A stretch of DNA of 64,000 nt from a bacterium (GTDB lineage Bacteria; DRYD01). The notes under the pieces were generated by a model. It was not told where the DNA came from. It was given only the letters and a program-made list of their open reading frames with translations, and did not search any database. Of the stretch, positions 1-10,208 are shown one piece after another; positions within the stretch are counted from its first letter, which is position 1, and every line of letters starts with the position of its first letter. The DNA is taken from positions 32,001 to 96,000 of the forward strand of contig JBCNVB010000003.1 in NCBI GenBank assembly GCA_039630415.1. The letters run 5' to 3'. The translations under genes were made by a program, and so were the position numbers.

Positions 1-8
1 AAGTAAGT

Positions 9-1415
9 ATGGTTAGAACTAGATTTGCACCTTCTCCAACGGGAAATTTGCACATTGGCGGAGCTAGGACAGCTCTATTCAACTTCCTCTTTTCAAAAAA
101 GAATAACGGTAAATTTATTTTGAGAATAGAAGATACCGACTTGGATAGGTCAAAAATTGAGTATGAGCAAAGCATTATTAGTGATTTAAGGTGGCTAGGG
201 ATAGAATGGGACGAAGGACCTGATAAAGGTGGACTTTTTCAACCTTACAGACAATCAGAAAGAACTGAAATATACAAACAAGAATTAAAAAAACTTATAG
301 AAAAAGGATTGGCTTACGAATGTTATTGTACTGAAGAAGAATTAGAAATACAAAGGAAATTACAGCTTAAAGAAAAAAAACCGCCGGTGTATGACAGAAG
401 ATGCACTAAACTTACTAACAAACAAAGGCAAGAATATATTAACGAAGGTAGAAAACCATCTTACAGGTTTTTAATGCCTCATGAAAAATTGGTTTATCAT
501 GATTTGATTCATGGTAGAATGGAATTTGATACTTCTCTTATGTCAGATCCGATAATAGTTAAGAGTAATGGTATACCGACATATAATTTTGCTTGTGTAG
601 TTGATGATTATCATATGAAGATCACACACGTAATAAGGGGTGATGAGCATATAGACAATACTCCAAGGCAGATAATGATATTCAAAGCTCTGGAATACAA
701 TCCTCCTGAATATGCGCATATCCCAATGATTTTAGCTCCGGACAGGACAAAACTTTCCAAAAGGCATGGGGCAACCTCGGTAAGAGAATTAAGAGAAATG
801 GGATTTGTTCCAGAAGCCGTTGCTAACTATATAGCACTTCTAGGTTGGTCGCCAAAAGAAAATAAAGAAATATTTCAAATCGATGAAATAATCCAAAAGT
901 TTGATTTCGATCATATACTCGATCATCCAGCTGTATATGACATAGACAAAATGAAATGGTTTAATCATTTCTACATATCCAATATCCTAGACGTGGATAA
1001 AATAGTTAACTACATACAAAACTTAAAACCCATAGACAAAGATATATACATGAAGATAGTTGAATTTGAAAAAAATAGAGTATATTTGCTTACGGAATTT
1101 GATGAGGTTTATAATTTGGTTACTTCAAATAATGTACAATATGAAGAGTCGATTACTTCTGAGTACAAACCAATCTTGAATACGATATATGAAGACATAA
1201 AGAACATCGATTTTGGTTCAGTTGATACGATCAAGCAAGGTCTCAAAATGATACAACAAAAACATAATTACAAAACTAGTCAGGTTTACAAAGCTATCAG
1301 GTATTTTCTAACTGGTAAGCTAGAGGGTGTAGAGTTACCAAAACTGATGTATCTATTTACCAAGCAAAGAGTTTTAGAAATTCTAGGAGCTGTAAACATA
1401 GGGGGAAGAGCTTAG
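9..1415 (+). CDS. gltX: Glutamate--tRNA ligase
   Basis: RTRFAPSPTG, HIGG, RIEDTD, HVIRGDEH and KLSKR motifs. Confidence 0.97.
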   Translation: MVRTRFAPSPTGNLHIGGARTALFNFLFSKKNNGKFILRIEDTDLDRSKIEYEQSIISDLRWLGIEWDEGPDKGGLFQPYRQSERTEIYKQELKKLIEKGLAYECYCTEEELEIQRKLQLKEKKPPVYDRRCTKLTNKQRQEYINEGRKPSYRFLMPHEKLVYHDLIHGRMEFDTSLMSDPIIVKSNGIPTYNFACVVDDYHMKITHVIRGDEHIDNTPRQIMIFKALEYNPPEYAHIPMILAPDRTKLSKRHGATSVRELREMGFVPEAVANYIALLGWSPKENKEIFQIDEIIQKFDFDHILDHPAVYDIDKMKWFNHFYISNILDVDKIVNYIQNLKPIDKDIYMKIVEFEKNRVYLLTEFDEVYNLVTSNNVQYEESITSEYKPILNTIYEDIKNIDFGSVDTIKQGLKMIQQKHNYKTSQVYKAIRYFLTGKLEGVELPKLMYLFTKQRVLEILGAVNIGGRA

Positions 1416-1488
1416 TTTATGGATCTATCTGACGATTAGTCTAGAATTTTGAAGGTTTATACAACTATAAGGAAGGAGGATTCAACTT

Positions 1489-4263
1489 ATGGATTTATCT
1501 AAAACTGTAAATTTACCAAGAACAGATTTTTCTATGAAGGCAAATTTACCTCTTACTGAACCAGAAATTGTTGATTTTTGGAAAGAAAATAGAGTATATC
1601 AAAGGGCTTTAAAAAGAAGGCAGGATGGGGAGTATAGAGTTTTACATGATGGTCCTCCTTATTCGAATGGAAAAATACATCTTGGACATGCACTTAATAA
1701 AATTCTAAAGGACATAGTGGTTAAATATTGGACTTTGAGGGGCTATTATAGTCCTTTTATACCTGGTTGGGATACTCATGGTTTGCCGAATGAAAAAGCT
1801 GCCATATCTACTTACAACATAGATAGAAAAAAAGTTTCACCTTCATATATACGGGAAAAATCAAAAGAAATAGCCATGTATTATTCTGAGATTCAGAGGG
1901 AGCAGTTCAAAAGATTAGGCGTTTTTGCTGATTGGGATAATCCATATTTAACACTTAACCCTTCATACGAGGCAAATATTATAAGGGCTTTTGGATTACT
2001 GGCTAAAAATGGATATATTTATAGGGATCTTAAGCCTGTGTATTGGTGTTATGAATGTGAAACATCTTTAGCGGATGCAGAAATAGAATATAAACAGAAA
2101 AAATCTCCATCCATAGTTGTTTCATTTAAGGTTCTGGATGAGTTTGTTAAAAATTTTGGTGATTATGATGAGTTATATGCTGTTATATGGACAACTACTC
2201 CGTGGACTTTACCAGCTAACGTTGCTATTGCTTACAAACCTGAATCTTTGTATTTAATAGTTGAATACAATCAGAAAAAATACATTGTTGCTAAAGAAGC
2301 ATATCATACTGCTCCTCAGTTAGCCTTTATTAGAAGTGAATCTAGGATATTAAGTGAGTTTAAATCGGAAAGATTTGAAAATTTGAAAGTAAAACATCCT
2401 TTCATGGGTAGAGAATCTGTTTTTGTGCCTGCGGAGTATGTTGATTTATCAAATGGTACGGGTTTGGTTCATATTGCACCTGGGCATGGTTATGAGGACT
2501 ATGCTGTTGGTAAAAGATTTAATCTAGAAGTGCTTTCTCCAGTGGATCATGAAGGTAAATTCACTTCTGAAGTTAAGTTCTTAGAAGGAGTTCATATAGA
2601 ACAAGCTAATCAGGTCATAATAGATACTTTGAAAAACAATGGAAACTTAGTTTTTGAGGATCAGTTTGAGCATTCATACCCTCATTGTTGGAGGTGCCAT
2701 AAGCCAGTTTTATTTAGATCTACATATCAATGGTTTTTAGATGTTGAAAAGATGAGGAATGAATTGATTGGGTCTGTTGATCAGGTTGAATGGTATCCTG
2801 AATGGGGAGCAGAGAGAATGAAAAAAATGATAGAAAACAGACCTGATTGGTGTTTATCAAGGCAAAGGGTTTGGGGAGTATTTATACCAGTTATTTATTG
2901 TAAAAAATGTCATGATCATATACTTGACTATGAGTTAATAGAAAACATAGCATCTATTGTTGAAAAAGAAGGAAGTGATATATGGTGGAGTAAGGATGTT
3001 AAGTATTTCATTACTAAGAATACGAAATGTTCTAGGTGTGGGTCTAGAGAGTTTGAAAAAGAAAAGGATATATTTGATGTGTGGTTTGAATCTGCTGTTA
3101 GTCATTTTGCTGTTCTAAAAGGTATAAATCATCCTTGTGAACTTTACTTAGAGGGAGCGGATCAGTATAGGGGATGGTTTCAGGTATCATTGATAACGAG
3201 TGTTGGTATATTAGGTAAACCACCGTATAAGAAGGTTTTGACGCATGGATGGGTTTTAGATCAGGAAGGTAGAGCAATGCATAAATCACTTGGTAATGTT
3301 ATCGACCCTATGGAGATAGTAGAGCAATATGGAGCGGATATTCTCAGACTTTATTTCGCTTCTTCAGAATACACTAACGATATTAAAATGTCTTACTCTA
3401 CTATTAATCTAGTAGCAGAAATGTATAAAAAAATAAGAAACACTATAAGATTTATGCTTGGTAATATTTATGATTTTGATGTTTCTGCTCATAATTTTGA
3501 TATAAATCAATTGCCTATACTTGAGAAATATATACTTTGGGAGCATTCAAAGATGCTAGCGAAAATACAAAGCTATATAGATAATTTTGAATTCCATAGG
3601 TATGTGTATACTGTTTATGAGTATATTGTTCATGAACTAAGTTCATTTTATTTAGATATAAGGAAAGATATTTTGTATACGTATGATGTGGATTCATTTG
3701 AGAGAAGGGCTTGTCAATTTGTGATTTTTAATATTTTGAGGGATTTATTGATAGTACTTTTCCCTGTGTTATCATTTACTTGTGAGCAGGCATGGAGAAA
3801 TATTCCAATGCATAACATTAGTACTTTTAGTTGTTACTTACAAGATTGGCCATTAGCAGAGAAATACAAAATATCTGAAAATCTGGAATTTTATCAAAAG
3901 CTTATATCTATCTATAAAAATTGTCAACCGATTTTTGAAAAATACAAAAACAAAGGTGTTATCAAAACATTAAATGAAAGTATAATGAAGATTTATTGTG
4001 AACAGGATTATAGTTTTATTGTTTCAAATGTTAATTTGCTTAAGGAAATGATGAGAGTAGCTGAAATACAGGTTTATCAAAAACCCGAGAAGGAAATTGA
4101 TAGTTTTGTCATAGATGGTATAGGCTTTTTTGTTGAATTTGAGAAATCGAATTACCATAAGTGTGGAAGATGTTGGAATTATTACAAAGAGCTTAAAGAT
4201 TATACTATGAATGTTTGTGATAGATGTTATAGTGTTTTGCAAACCAAGGGGGTGGTAACATGA
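1489..4263 (+). CDS. ileS: Isoleucine--tRNA ligase (type 1)
   Basis: HDGPPY, HLGH, PGWDTHGLP, WTTTPWTLP, GTGLVHIAPGHG, DWCLSRQR; C-terminal CGRCW..CDRC zinc finger; AGGAGG RBS. Confidence 0.97.
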   Translation: MDLSKTVNLPRTDFSMKANLPLTEPEIVDFWKENRVYQRALKRRQDGEYRVLHDGPPYSNGKIHLGHALNKILKDIVVKYWTLRGYYSPFIPGWDTHGLPNEKAAISTYNIDRKKVSPSYIREKSKEIAMYYSEIQREQFKRLGVFADWDNPYLTLNPSYEANIIRAFGLLAKNGYIYRDLKPVYWCYECETSLADAEIEYKQKKSPSIVVSFKVLDEFVKNFGDYDELYAVIWTTTPWTLPANVAIAYKPESLYLIVEYNQKKYIVAKEAYHTAPQLAFIRSESRILSEFKSERFENLKVKHPFMGRESVFVPAEYVDLSNGTGLVHIAPGHGYEDYAVGKRFNLEVLSPVDHEGKFTSEVKFLEGVHIEQANQVIIDTLKNNGNLVFEDQFEHSYPHCWRCHKPVLFRSTYQWFLDVEKMRNELIGSVDQVEWYPEWGAERMKKMIENRPDWCLSRQRVWGVFIPVIYCKKCHDHILDYELIENIASIVEKEGSDIWWSKDVKYFITKNTKCSRCGSREFEKEKDIFDVWFESAVSHFAVLKGINHPCELYLEGADQYRGWFQVSLITSVGILGKPPYKKVLTHGWVLDQEGRAMHKSLGNVIDPMEIVEQYGADILRLYFASSEYTNDIKMSYSTINLVAEMYKKIRNTIRFMLGNIYDFDVSAHNFDINQLPILEKYILWEHSKMLAKIQSYIDNFEFHRYVYTVYEYIVHELSSFYLDIRKDILYTYDVDSFERRACQFVIFNILRDLLIVLFPVLSFTCEQAWRNIPMHNISTFSCYLQDWPLAEKYKISENLEFYQKLISIYKNCQPIFEKYKNKGVIKTLNESIMKIYCEQDYSFIVSNVNLLKEMMRVAEIQVYQKPEKEIDSFVIDGIGFFVEFEKSNYHKCGRCWNYYKELKDYTMNVCDRCYSVLQTKGVVT

Positions 4264-6719
4264 TGATGAAGTTAGGAATCCTTGGATATTCGGTTTTGTC
4301 TTTTGTTTTTGTATTGTTATTGATTAGTATAAGCTATGGCGTAGATCAGGTTCATACAGCTGTATCTATTGATAATTCTCCTTCTTGGTTTACTGTAGTA
4401 GGTTCTATAACAAATGGTTCCACTTTAAGTGTTAATAGTGCTTTGTATAACAATTATAGTGTTAGTTTATCTCCTAGTTGGAATCATAACTTTGCAACTT
4501 ATGTTTATGGAGGTAGTATTTCTCAGTTTTTAAACAATTCTAATATTTACAATCAAGCTTCATTAAGTTCTCTTAGTTTGAATAATGATCTATTTTTTAT
4601 GAATGTACTTAATTGGTCTGGATATAACTGGAATAACTTTAGTAATGATTCGTATGTAACAAACAATGGTATAGTTTCGAATATGATTAACATTAATAAC
4701 GTAATTGTGAATAATCCTAATTTATTTAGGATCTATAACTATTCTTTTTATCCAGTGGAGGTTGTAAATGCTTATATTGTTAACAATGGATATGTAAGAA
4801 ATTCTGTGAATGTTTCAAATTCTAACATTAGTGATATTTTTAATTTTTCTATTTCTTCATATGATGTTGGAGGTCTTAACAGTTATACTAATAACGGAAT
4901 CGTAGAGAATGTAGTTAATCTTAGTAATACCTTAGTTAGTAATGGGGTATACAATTATTCACTTAATTCGTATGTCTTTTCAAATCCTATAAATTGTAAT
5001 ATGATCAATACAGGATCAATAATAAATGTTGTAAATAGTATTTCTTCTAGTTCTAATGAGTTAAGAAATCAAGCTATGATTAGTTTTAATCAATCTTTTT
5101 TAGATCATCAAGTTAGTATATCTAATACGGGAAGTGTATTATCTGTGATGAATCTTTCAAATTCTAATCATGGTTCTATTAGTAATGATGGGATTGCTGT
5201 TTATAACTCAAACAGAGCTTTAATTTCGAATACTGGTTCTATACGGGTAAGATCGTATTGGGACTCTTCTTTTAATGGCAATATTTCTTCAATTTCAGGT
5301 ATATTGCTATCTGGTGTAAGGGAAGGAAGGATAGATAATCAGGGTATTATTTCAGTAAGAGGTAATAATCCAAATGCTTCCTCATGGGCAGGTATATATC
5401 TTTTCTCTTCTGGTACCGCTAATAATCCAATATTGATATCAACTCCCGTGCTTATGGATCTAGATTCAAATACTAGAAGTATAATTGTCAATGCTTCACA
5501 CGGTAGACTAGAAAGATTTAGTTTCTATATTAATGGTGATCCATCGTCTGCTAGTTATATAAGACCTATACTGATTAATTCTAACTCTACGTTAGATGTT
5601 ACTAATGCAATGTTGTATTTGTTTGCTTCCAACAACTTACACCTGAATAAACCGTACTACATAATAGAAAATGTATCTGGAAACGTGATAGGAGAGTTTA
5701 ATAATTCTATGATTGTTAATTTCAGTTTACCCTCGTATATAAACCTTAATTGGTATTCAAATCAGGGACAAAACTCATCAGTAATATTTACAGTTAATAC
5801 CCAAATTCTTTCGGAAGTAAGTCATGTACCTAAGATAACTAGAGGATTGGTTATGTTAACTAGTAATCTGAATGATTTGTTGAGGAATAATATAGTTTTG
5901 GAAGAAATCAATAGGGAGCTTAATCAAAAGGATATGAGTAGCTTAAATAGGGATGTTAATTTTAGGGGATTGAGTTTTTATCAAAGAATCGATTCCGCTA
6001 ATTTTAATTTTAATGGATCATTTTGGGGTAGGGGAATAATTTTCGATAAGATGATTAATAGGAGTACTCAAGGAGGATTGGTATTACTTGCAGGAAAGGC
6101 TAACCTTAACTCGGATGAGATTTACTTTGAAGATAAATCTGGAGTTATAGGTTATGGATTATACTTAAACTATAAAGCTCCTACTAACTATTTGCTAGCT
6201 TTATTTAATAACTACAATTTCAGTCATACATACAAATCAAGCACTGGTGTAGATTTTTCTTTACCGGAAAGTTCCAAGTATAATACAAGATTTTACGCTG
6301 CTAAAATTGAATATGGAAGTGGTACTAAAAATAGATTTTATATGGGTTTTGAAATGTTTGGAAGATCAAGTAAAAACTACCATATACTAACACCAGAACC
6401 TCTCTGGAATAGACACATAAGATCTGATAGTATTTCTATAGTTTATGCATACGTAGGAATAGATAACTTTAACATAAATCAAAATCAGTTAGTATTCTAC
6501 ACTGTAAAGCTATCTTTTCCAATTTCAAATAAAAGAATGCAAGTTATAGAGACGATTCAGGGGAATGACTATATTTATAGTTCAAAGCTGTCTAGTTTTT
6601 ATGGACAGTTTGCATTATTTTACAAACCCTTGAATTTGAGTAGTTTCTCAGTAGCTTTGCAAGGTGATATTTCTTCTGACTATGTTAAATACATGCTCAA
6701 AATTCAAACAAGGTTTTAG
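4260..6719 (+). CDS. Asn/Ser-rich secreted protein, probable autotransporter (beta-helical passenger plus C-terminal beta-barrel)
   Basis: Signal peptide; recurring N(N/T)G(I/S)(V/I) repeats; alternating aromatic strands in the last ~270 aa; terminal Phe. Confidence 0.65.
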   Translation: MMMKLGILGYSVLSFVFVLLLISISYGVDQVHTAVSIDNSPSWFTVVGSITNGSTLSVNSALYNNYSVSLSPSWNHNFATYVYGGSISQFLNNSNIYNQASLSSLSLNNDLFFMNVLNWSGYNWNNFSNDSYVTNNGIVSNMININNVIVNNPNLFRIYNYSFYPVEVVNAYIVNNGYVRNSVNVSNSNISDIFNFSISSYDVGGLNSYTNNGIVENVVNLSNTLVSNGVYNYSLNSYVFSNPINCNMINTGSIINVVNSISSSSNELRNQAMISFNQSFLDHQVSISNTGSVLSVMNLSNSNHGSISNDGIAVYNSNRALISNTGSIRVRSYWDSSFNGNISSISGILLSGVREGRIDNQGIISVRGNNPNASSWAGIYLFSSGTANNPILISTPVLMDLDSNTRSIIVNASHGRLERFSFYINGDPSSASYIRPILINSNSTLDVTNAMLYLFASNNLHLNKPYYIIENVSGNVIGEFNNSMIVNFSLPSYINLNWYSNQGQNSSVIFTVNTQILSEVSHVPKITRGLVMLTSNLNDLLRNNIVLEEINRELNQKDMSSLNRDVNFRGLSFYQRIDSANFNFNGSFWGRGIIFDKMINRSTQGGLVLLAGKANLNSDEIYFEDKSGVIGYGLYLNYKAPTNYLLALFNNYNFSHTYKSSTGVDFSLPESSKYNTRFYAAKIEYGSGTKNRFYMGFEMFGRSSKNYHILTPEPLWNRHIRSDSISIVYAYVGIDNFNINQNQLVFYTVKLSFPISNKRMQVIETIQGNDYIYSSKLSSFYGQFALFYKPLNLSSFSVALQGDISSDYVKYMLKIQTRF

Positions 6720-6728
6720 TATAATAAT

Positions 6729-7964
6729 ATGATTGCAATTGGATTAACTGATTATAAAATACTACAGAAAATCTTGGAAACAAGCCATATTAGAAATGTT
6801 TTAGTTTTGTCTAAAAGTATTTTTGATAACAAGATTTTTGAAGCTATGGAAAATCAGGGGATTAAGATATTTGAGTTATTTGGACGTGATCAGATTAGAG
6901 ATGTAAAATCTAGATTCATTGATTATCTATCTTTGGTAGATCATATTAGAAACGTTATCAAGAATGTTATCAATAATTTTGAGATACAGGCTTATATTTC
7001 ATATACTACCAATCCATTTCAGTGTGATATAGTACTTCAGCAAACAGAATTTGATTACGTAATAGTTACAAAATCAATAGGGAATCTTATAAACGATTAC
7101 TATCAAGTTAGTCATAATTTTATTTATCAGCTACCCATTTTTAAACCCATAGACTTTTTCTACTTTTTCTACCATTTTAATGGAATAGATAAGTACAGGA
7201 TGAATTTTCTGATTTTAGGAGTACCGGAATTTTATGTGGATTGGATTAATACAGTGATTGGCCAGGTAAGGGGTAAGTTTATAAGGATGAGTGATTGCGC
7301 TAAAATTTTTGCTTTCATACCTGAAAGTTTGATTGAAAAAACTCTATTGGATTACGTATGGGATTTAATGATAAAGTTAAGGTATAACTGTCAGTGGGAT
7401 AGAGTGCAAACTTCACAAACTATTAAAAATCATCTGATTGAAGAAGCTTATGAAGTACTTGATTCTATTGAAAGCAATAATGTAGAGAAGTTCAAAAATG
7501 AGATGGGAGATTTACTTTTGCAAATAATCTTTCATAGTCAAATACAGTCGGATTTTAAGAACTTTAATTTTTATGATGTTGTGAAAGCCATGGTTGATAA
7601 GTTGATATCAAGACATCCACATGTATTTAGTGAGAATAAAACAGATAATATACAGCAAATACTAGTTGAGTGGGAGAAAATGAAGGTAAAAGAAAATAAG
7701 GGTAAGATGATTGATCTACCAAAATCTGCTCCTTCTCTTCTTAAACTATATCTACTGTACAGGAAAATTAAAAGACTTAATATTCAGAATGAATTCAACG
7801 AGTTGGTTTCTAAAATAATTAGCTTACATAATCCCAATATAGCTTCTATTCTGAACAATCTCCATTTGTTTTATTTGTATCAACCAGAAAATCTGGAGAA
7901 TGTATTAAATTTGTTCATAGATAAGCTTGTAAACACTATTGAAACTGAAAAAATCTTAGAATAA
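6729..7964 (+). CDS. mazG: MazG-family nucleoside triphosphate pyrophosphohydrolase with divergent N-terminal domain (YabN-like)
   Basis: LRYNCQWDRVQT..LIEEAYEVLD..EMGDLLLQIIFHSQI..KLISRHPHVF. Confidence 0.8.
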   Translation: MIAIGLTDYKILQKILETSHIRNVLVLSKSIFDNKIFEAMENQGIKIFELFGRDQIRDVKSRFIDYLSLVDHIRNVIKNVINNFEIQAYISYTTNPFQCDIVLQQTEFDYVIVTKSIGNLINDYYQVSHNFIYQLPIFKPIDFFYFFYHFNGIDKYRMNFLILGVPEFYVDWINTVIGQVRGKFIRMSDCAKIFAFIPESLIEKTLLDYVWDLMIKLRYNCQWDRVQTSQTIKNHLIEEAYEVLDSIESNNVEKFKNEMGDLLLQIIFHSQIQSDFKNFNFYDVVKAMVDKLISRHPHVFSENKTDNIQQILVEWEKMKVKENKGKMIDLPKSAPSLLKLYLLYRKIKRLNIQNEFNELVSKIISLHNPNIASILNNLHLFYLYQPENLENVLNLFIDKLVNTIETEKILE

Positions 7965-8325
7965 CAAGTAGTATAAAAGCGTTACATAATATCCATACCA
8001 GAAAAAAAATAATAGCGAAGGAGTTATTGTTTTCGTCAAATCCTAGCGTACGTAAGGTTATAATTATAACAATTTGCAAAACGGACAATAGTGGGCTAAT
8101 TAAGTAGGAAATGGACAATATCAAGCCAAGAATAGGTAAATATGTAGCTTTTAATTTATGCTTATTTTTTTCAAGGACTAAAATGTAAAAACCTTGAATG
8201 ATTATAATTAAAAAGGGCTTAATGTAAAGTGTATATAGTAAACTATTGGGAAGAATAATTAGAAAGTTATAGAAATAAACAAAAGACGCTACAAAAAAAA
8301 GAAAGTATAGGAGAGAGCTATTCAC
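7936..8325 (-). CDS. Hypothetical membrane protein (about 4 TM helices)
   Basis: Hydrophobic 129-aa ORF that fills an otherwise empty ~360-bp gap; GTG start only 1 bp from the divergent neighbour. Confidence 0.5.
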   Translation of the reverse strand: MNSSLLYFLFFVASFVYFYNFLIILPNSLLYTLYIKPFLIIIIQGFYILVLEKNKHKLKATYLPILGLILSISYLISPLLSVLQIVIIITLRTLGFDENNNSFAIIFFLVWILCNAFILLVILRFFQFQ

Positions 8326-8326
8326 A

Positions 8327-9580
8327 GTGAAAGTATTAATTATTAGTTACTTTTTTCCTCCACTTAACTCAATTGCTTCACTAAGACCTTACTCGTGGGC
8401 GAGATATTTCTCTGAACAAGGTGTAGATGTTACAGTACTAACAACTAGAAAACATAAATTTGAAAATGATTTGGATTTATCGTTTGATGGATTTAAAGTT
8501 GTTGAGATTCCAGTTCCAAAGCCTTTTAAGATAATTTCTTTAGGAAGAGTTATAAATTTTTTCAATAGGGTTTTAAGCTGGGGGATATATTATAAGGTTA
8601 GGTTTCCTGATGAGAGTTACAGATGGGTAAAACCAGCTTTTAAATGGGCTAGTAATTATCAATGGGATGTTGTTATATCTTCTGCTTTACCCCATACTGT
8701 TCATGAAGTAGCTTACTTACTTAAAAAGAATCAAAAGTGTAAAATATGGATTGCTGACTGGAGAGATCTATTTTCTGAAAACCCAATTTACACGGGCTTA
8801 CTAATTTTTAAAAATATAGAAAAGGCCTTGGAAATAAAATATAATTCATCCTGTGATTTAGTTTGTACTGTATCGGAAGGTTTAAGAAAGTATTGGACAA
8901 AAACCTCTAATAAGCCTGTGCAGGTCATTTATAACGGATTTTTTCAAGACGATATTTATGTTCTTAAAAATCTGCATAACACTATTGATAAGACAAATAT
9001 GGATCAAAAAAAGGTTAGAGTTACATATGCTGGTACGTTGTATGATAGAGTATTTTTTATAGATTATTTTCTTGAAGCTGTTGGTGAACTAGTAAAGAAC
9101 CATATAATTGATGCAAATAATTTCGAGCTTAAGGTTTTTGGTGCTTTTGACATTTATAACAAAATTGTAAGGTATGGTTTAAAAGAAGTGTATTCTTACG
9201 GTGGGTTTGTTAAAAAAGATGAGGTTATGAAACATTATTTTTTAAGTGATTTTTTACTATTTCCTCTGGAAAAAGAGGAAAATAAAGAAAATTGGAAGGG
9301 AATATTAACTGGTAAGATATTTGAGTACTTGGGTGTAAATCTCTTTATCCCTAAACCTATACTTGTTATTGGTAATAGTTTCGATGAAGAAAAAATGGAA
9401 CTGTTAAAAAAATCGGGTTGTTGCATTTTTCTTGATTCGAAACAAAAGGTATTTGATTTCTTTTACAATTATATTCAGAACGGTACTGTTAGTATTAATC
9501 CCAATAAGGATTTTATATCTTTTTTTTCTAGAGAGAACCAAGCCAGAATACTTTTATCTAAGATTAAGGAAATACTATAA
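8327..9580 (+). CDS. Glycosyltransferase, GT4-like
   Basis: KVLIISYFFPP..RPYSWARYF..VTVLT, WIADWRDLF, YNGF, YAGTLY, TGKIFEYL. Confidence 0.88.
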   Translation: MKVLIISYFFPPLNSIASLRPYSWARYFSEQGVDVTVLTTRKHKFENDLDLSFDGFKVVEIPVPKPFKIISLGRVINFFNRVLSWGIYYKVRFPDESYRWVKPAFKWASNYQWDVVISSALPHTVHEVAYLLKKNQKCKIWIADWRDLFSENPIYTGLLIFKNIEKALEIKYNSSCDLVCTVSEGLRKYWTKTSNKPVQVIYNGFFQDDIYVLKNLHNTIDKTNMDQKKVRVTYAGTLYDRVFFIDYFLEAVGELVKNHIIDANNFELKVFGAFDIYNKIVRYGLKEVYSYGGFVKKDEVMKHYFLSDFLLFPLEKEENKENWKGILTGKIFEYLGVNLFIPKPILVIGNSFDEEKMELLKKSGCCIFLDSKQKVFDFFYNYIQNGTVSINPNKDFISFFSRENQARILLSKIKEIL

Positions 9581-9584
9581 ACTT

Positions 9585-10205
9585 ATGAAGGTTATACTGA
9601 TTGGTGGTGGAGGGCATTCTAAGGTAATTCTATACATTATTAAAAGAGATTACCCTGAATGGTTTGTTTTTGGCTATATTTCACAGCAAGAAACTGGTAT
9701 CGATATTAAGTATCTTGGGACTGAGCAAGATATATACAAATTTGATCCTAAAGAGTTTTGCTTAGTTATGGCCATAGGGCAGGTAGATTTAGGGTATAGT
9801 AGAAGAGAAATAGTTCAAAAACTTACAAGTAGAGGATATAGTTTTTTAACTGTTATTTCTCGTTATAGTATTATAGCTAGTGGTGTTAGGATTGGTCGAG
9901 GAACAGTAGTTATGGATAAAGTTTTAGTTAATGTTGACTCTTATATTGGAGATTTTTGTATTCTTAACAGTGGATGTATAGTTGAGCATGATTGTAAGAT
10001 TGGAGATTTTGTACATATAGCACCAGGTGCTGTACTATCTGGTGGAGTTAAAGTTGGTGATCATTGCTTTATTGGAGCAGGTAGTGTTGTTAAGCATTAT
10101 ACATCTATATGTGATAACGTCATAGTGGGTGCTGGGGGTGTTGTCAATAAAGACATAATTGATCAGGGTACCTATGTTGGAGTACCTGTAAGAAAAATAA
10201 AATAA
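9585..10205 (+). CDS. Sugar acetyltransferase, NeuD/PglD family (left-handed beta-helix)
   Basis: MKVILIGGGGHSKV, EHDC motif, hexapeptide repeats, GVPVR; start reassigned to ATG 9585 instead of 9432. Confidence 0.9.
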   Translation: MKVILIGGGGHSKVILYIIKRDYPEWFVFGYISQQETGIDIKYLGTEQDIYKFDPKEFCLVMAIGQVDLGYSRREIVQKLTSRGYSFLTVISRYSIIASGVRIGRGTVVMDKVLVNVDSYIGDFCILNSGCIVEHDCKIGDFVHIAPGAVLSGGVKVGDHCFIGAGSVVKHYTSICDNVIVGAGGVVNKDIIDQGTYVGVPVRKIK

Positions 10206-10208
10206 CTA

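Noticed and set aside
9432-9584. N-terminal extension of the acetyltransferase ORF
   Set aside because: Overlaps the glycosyltransferase; family similarity starts at ATG 9585.
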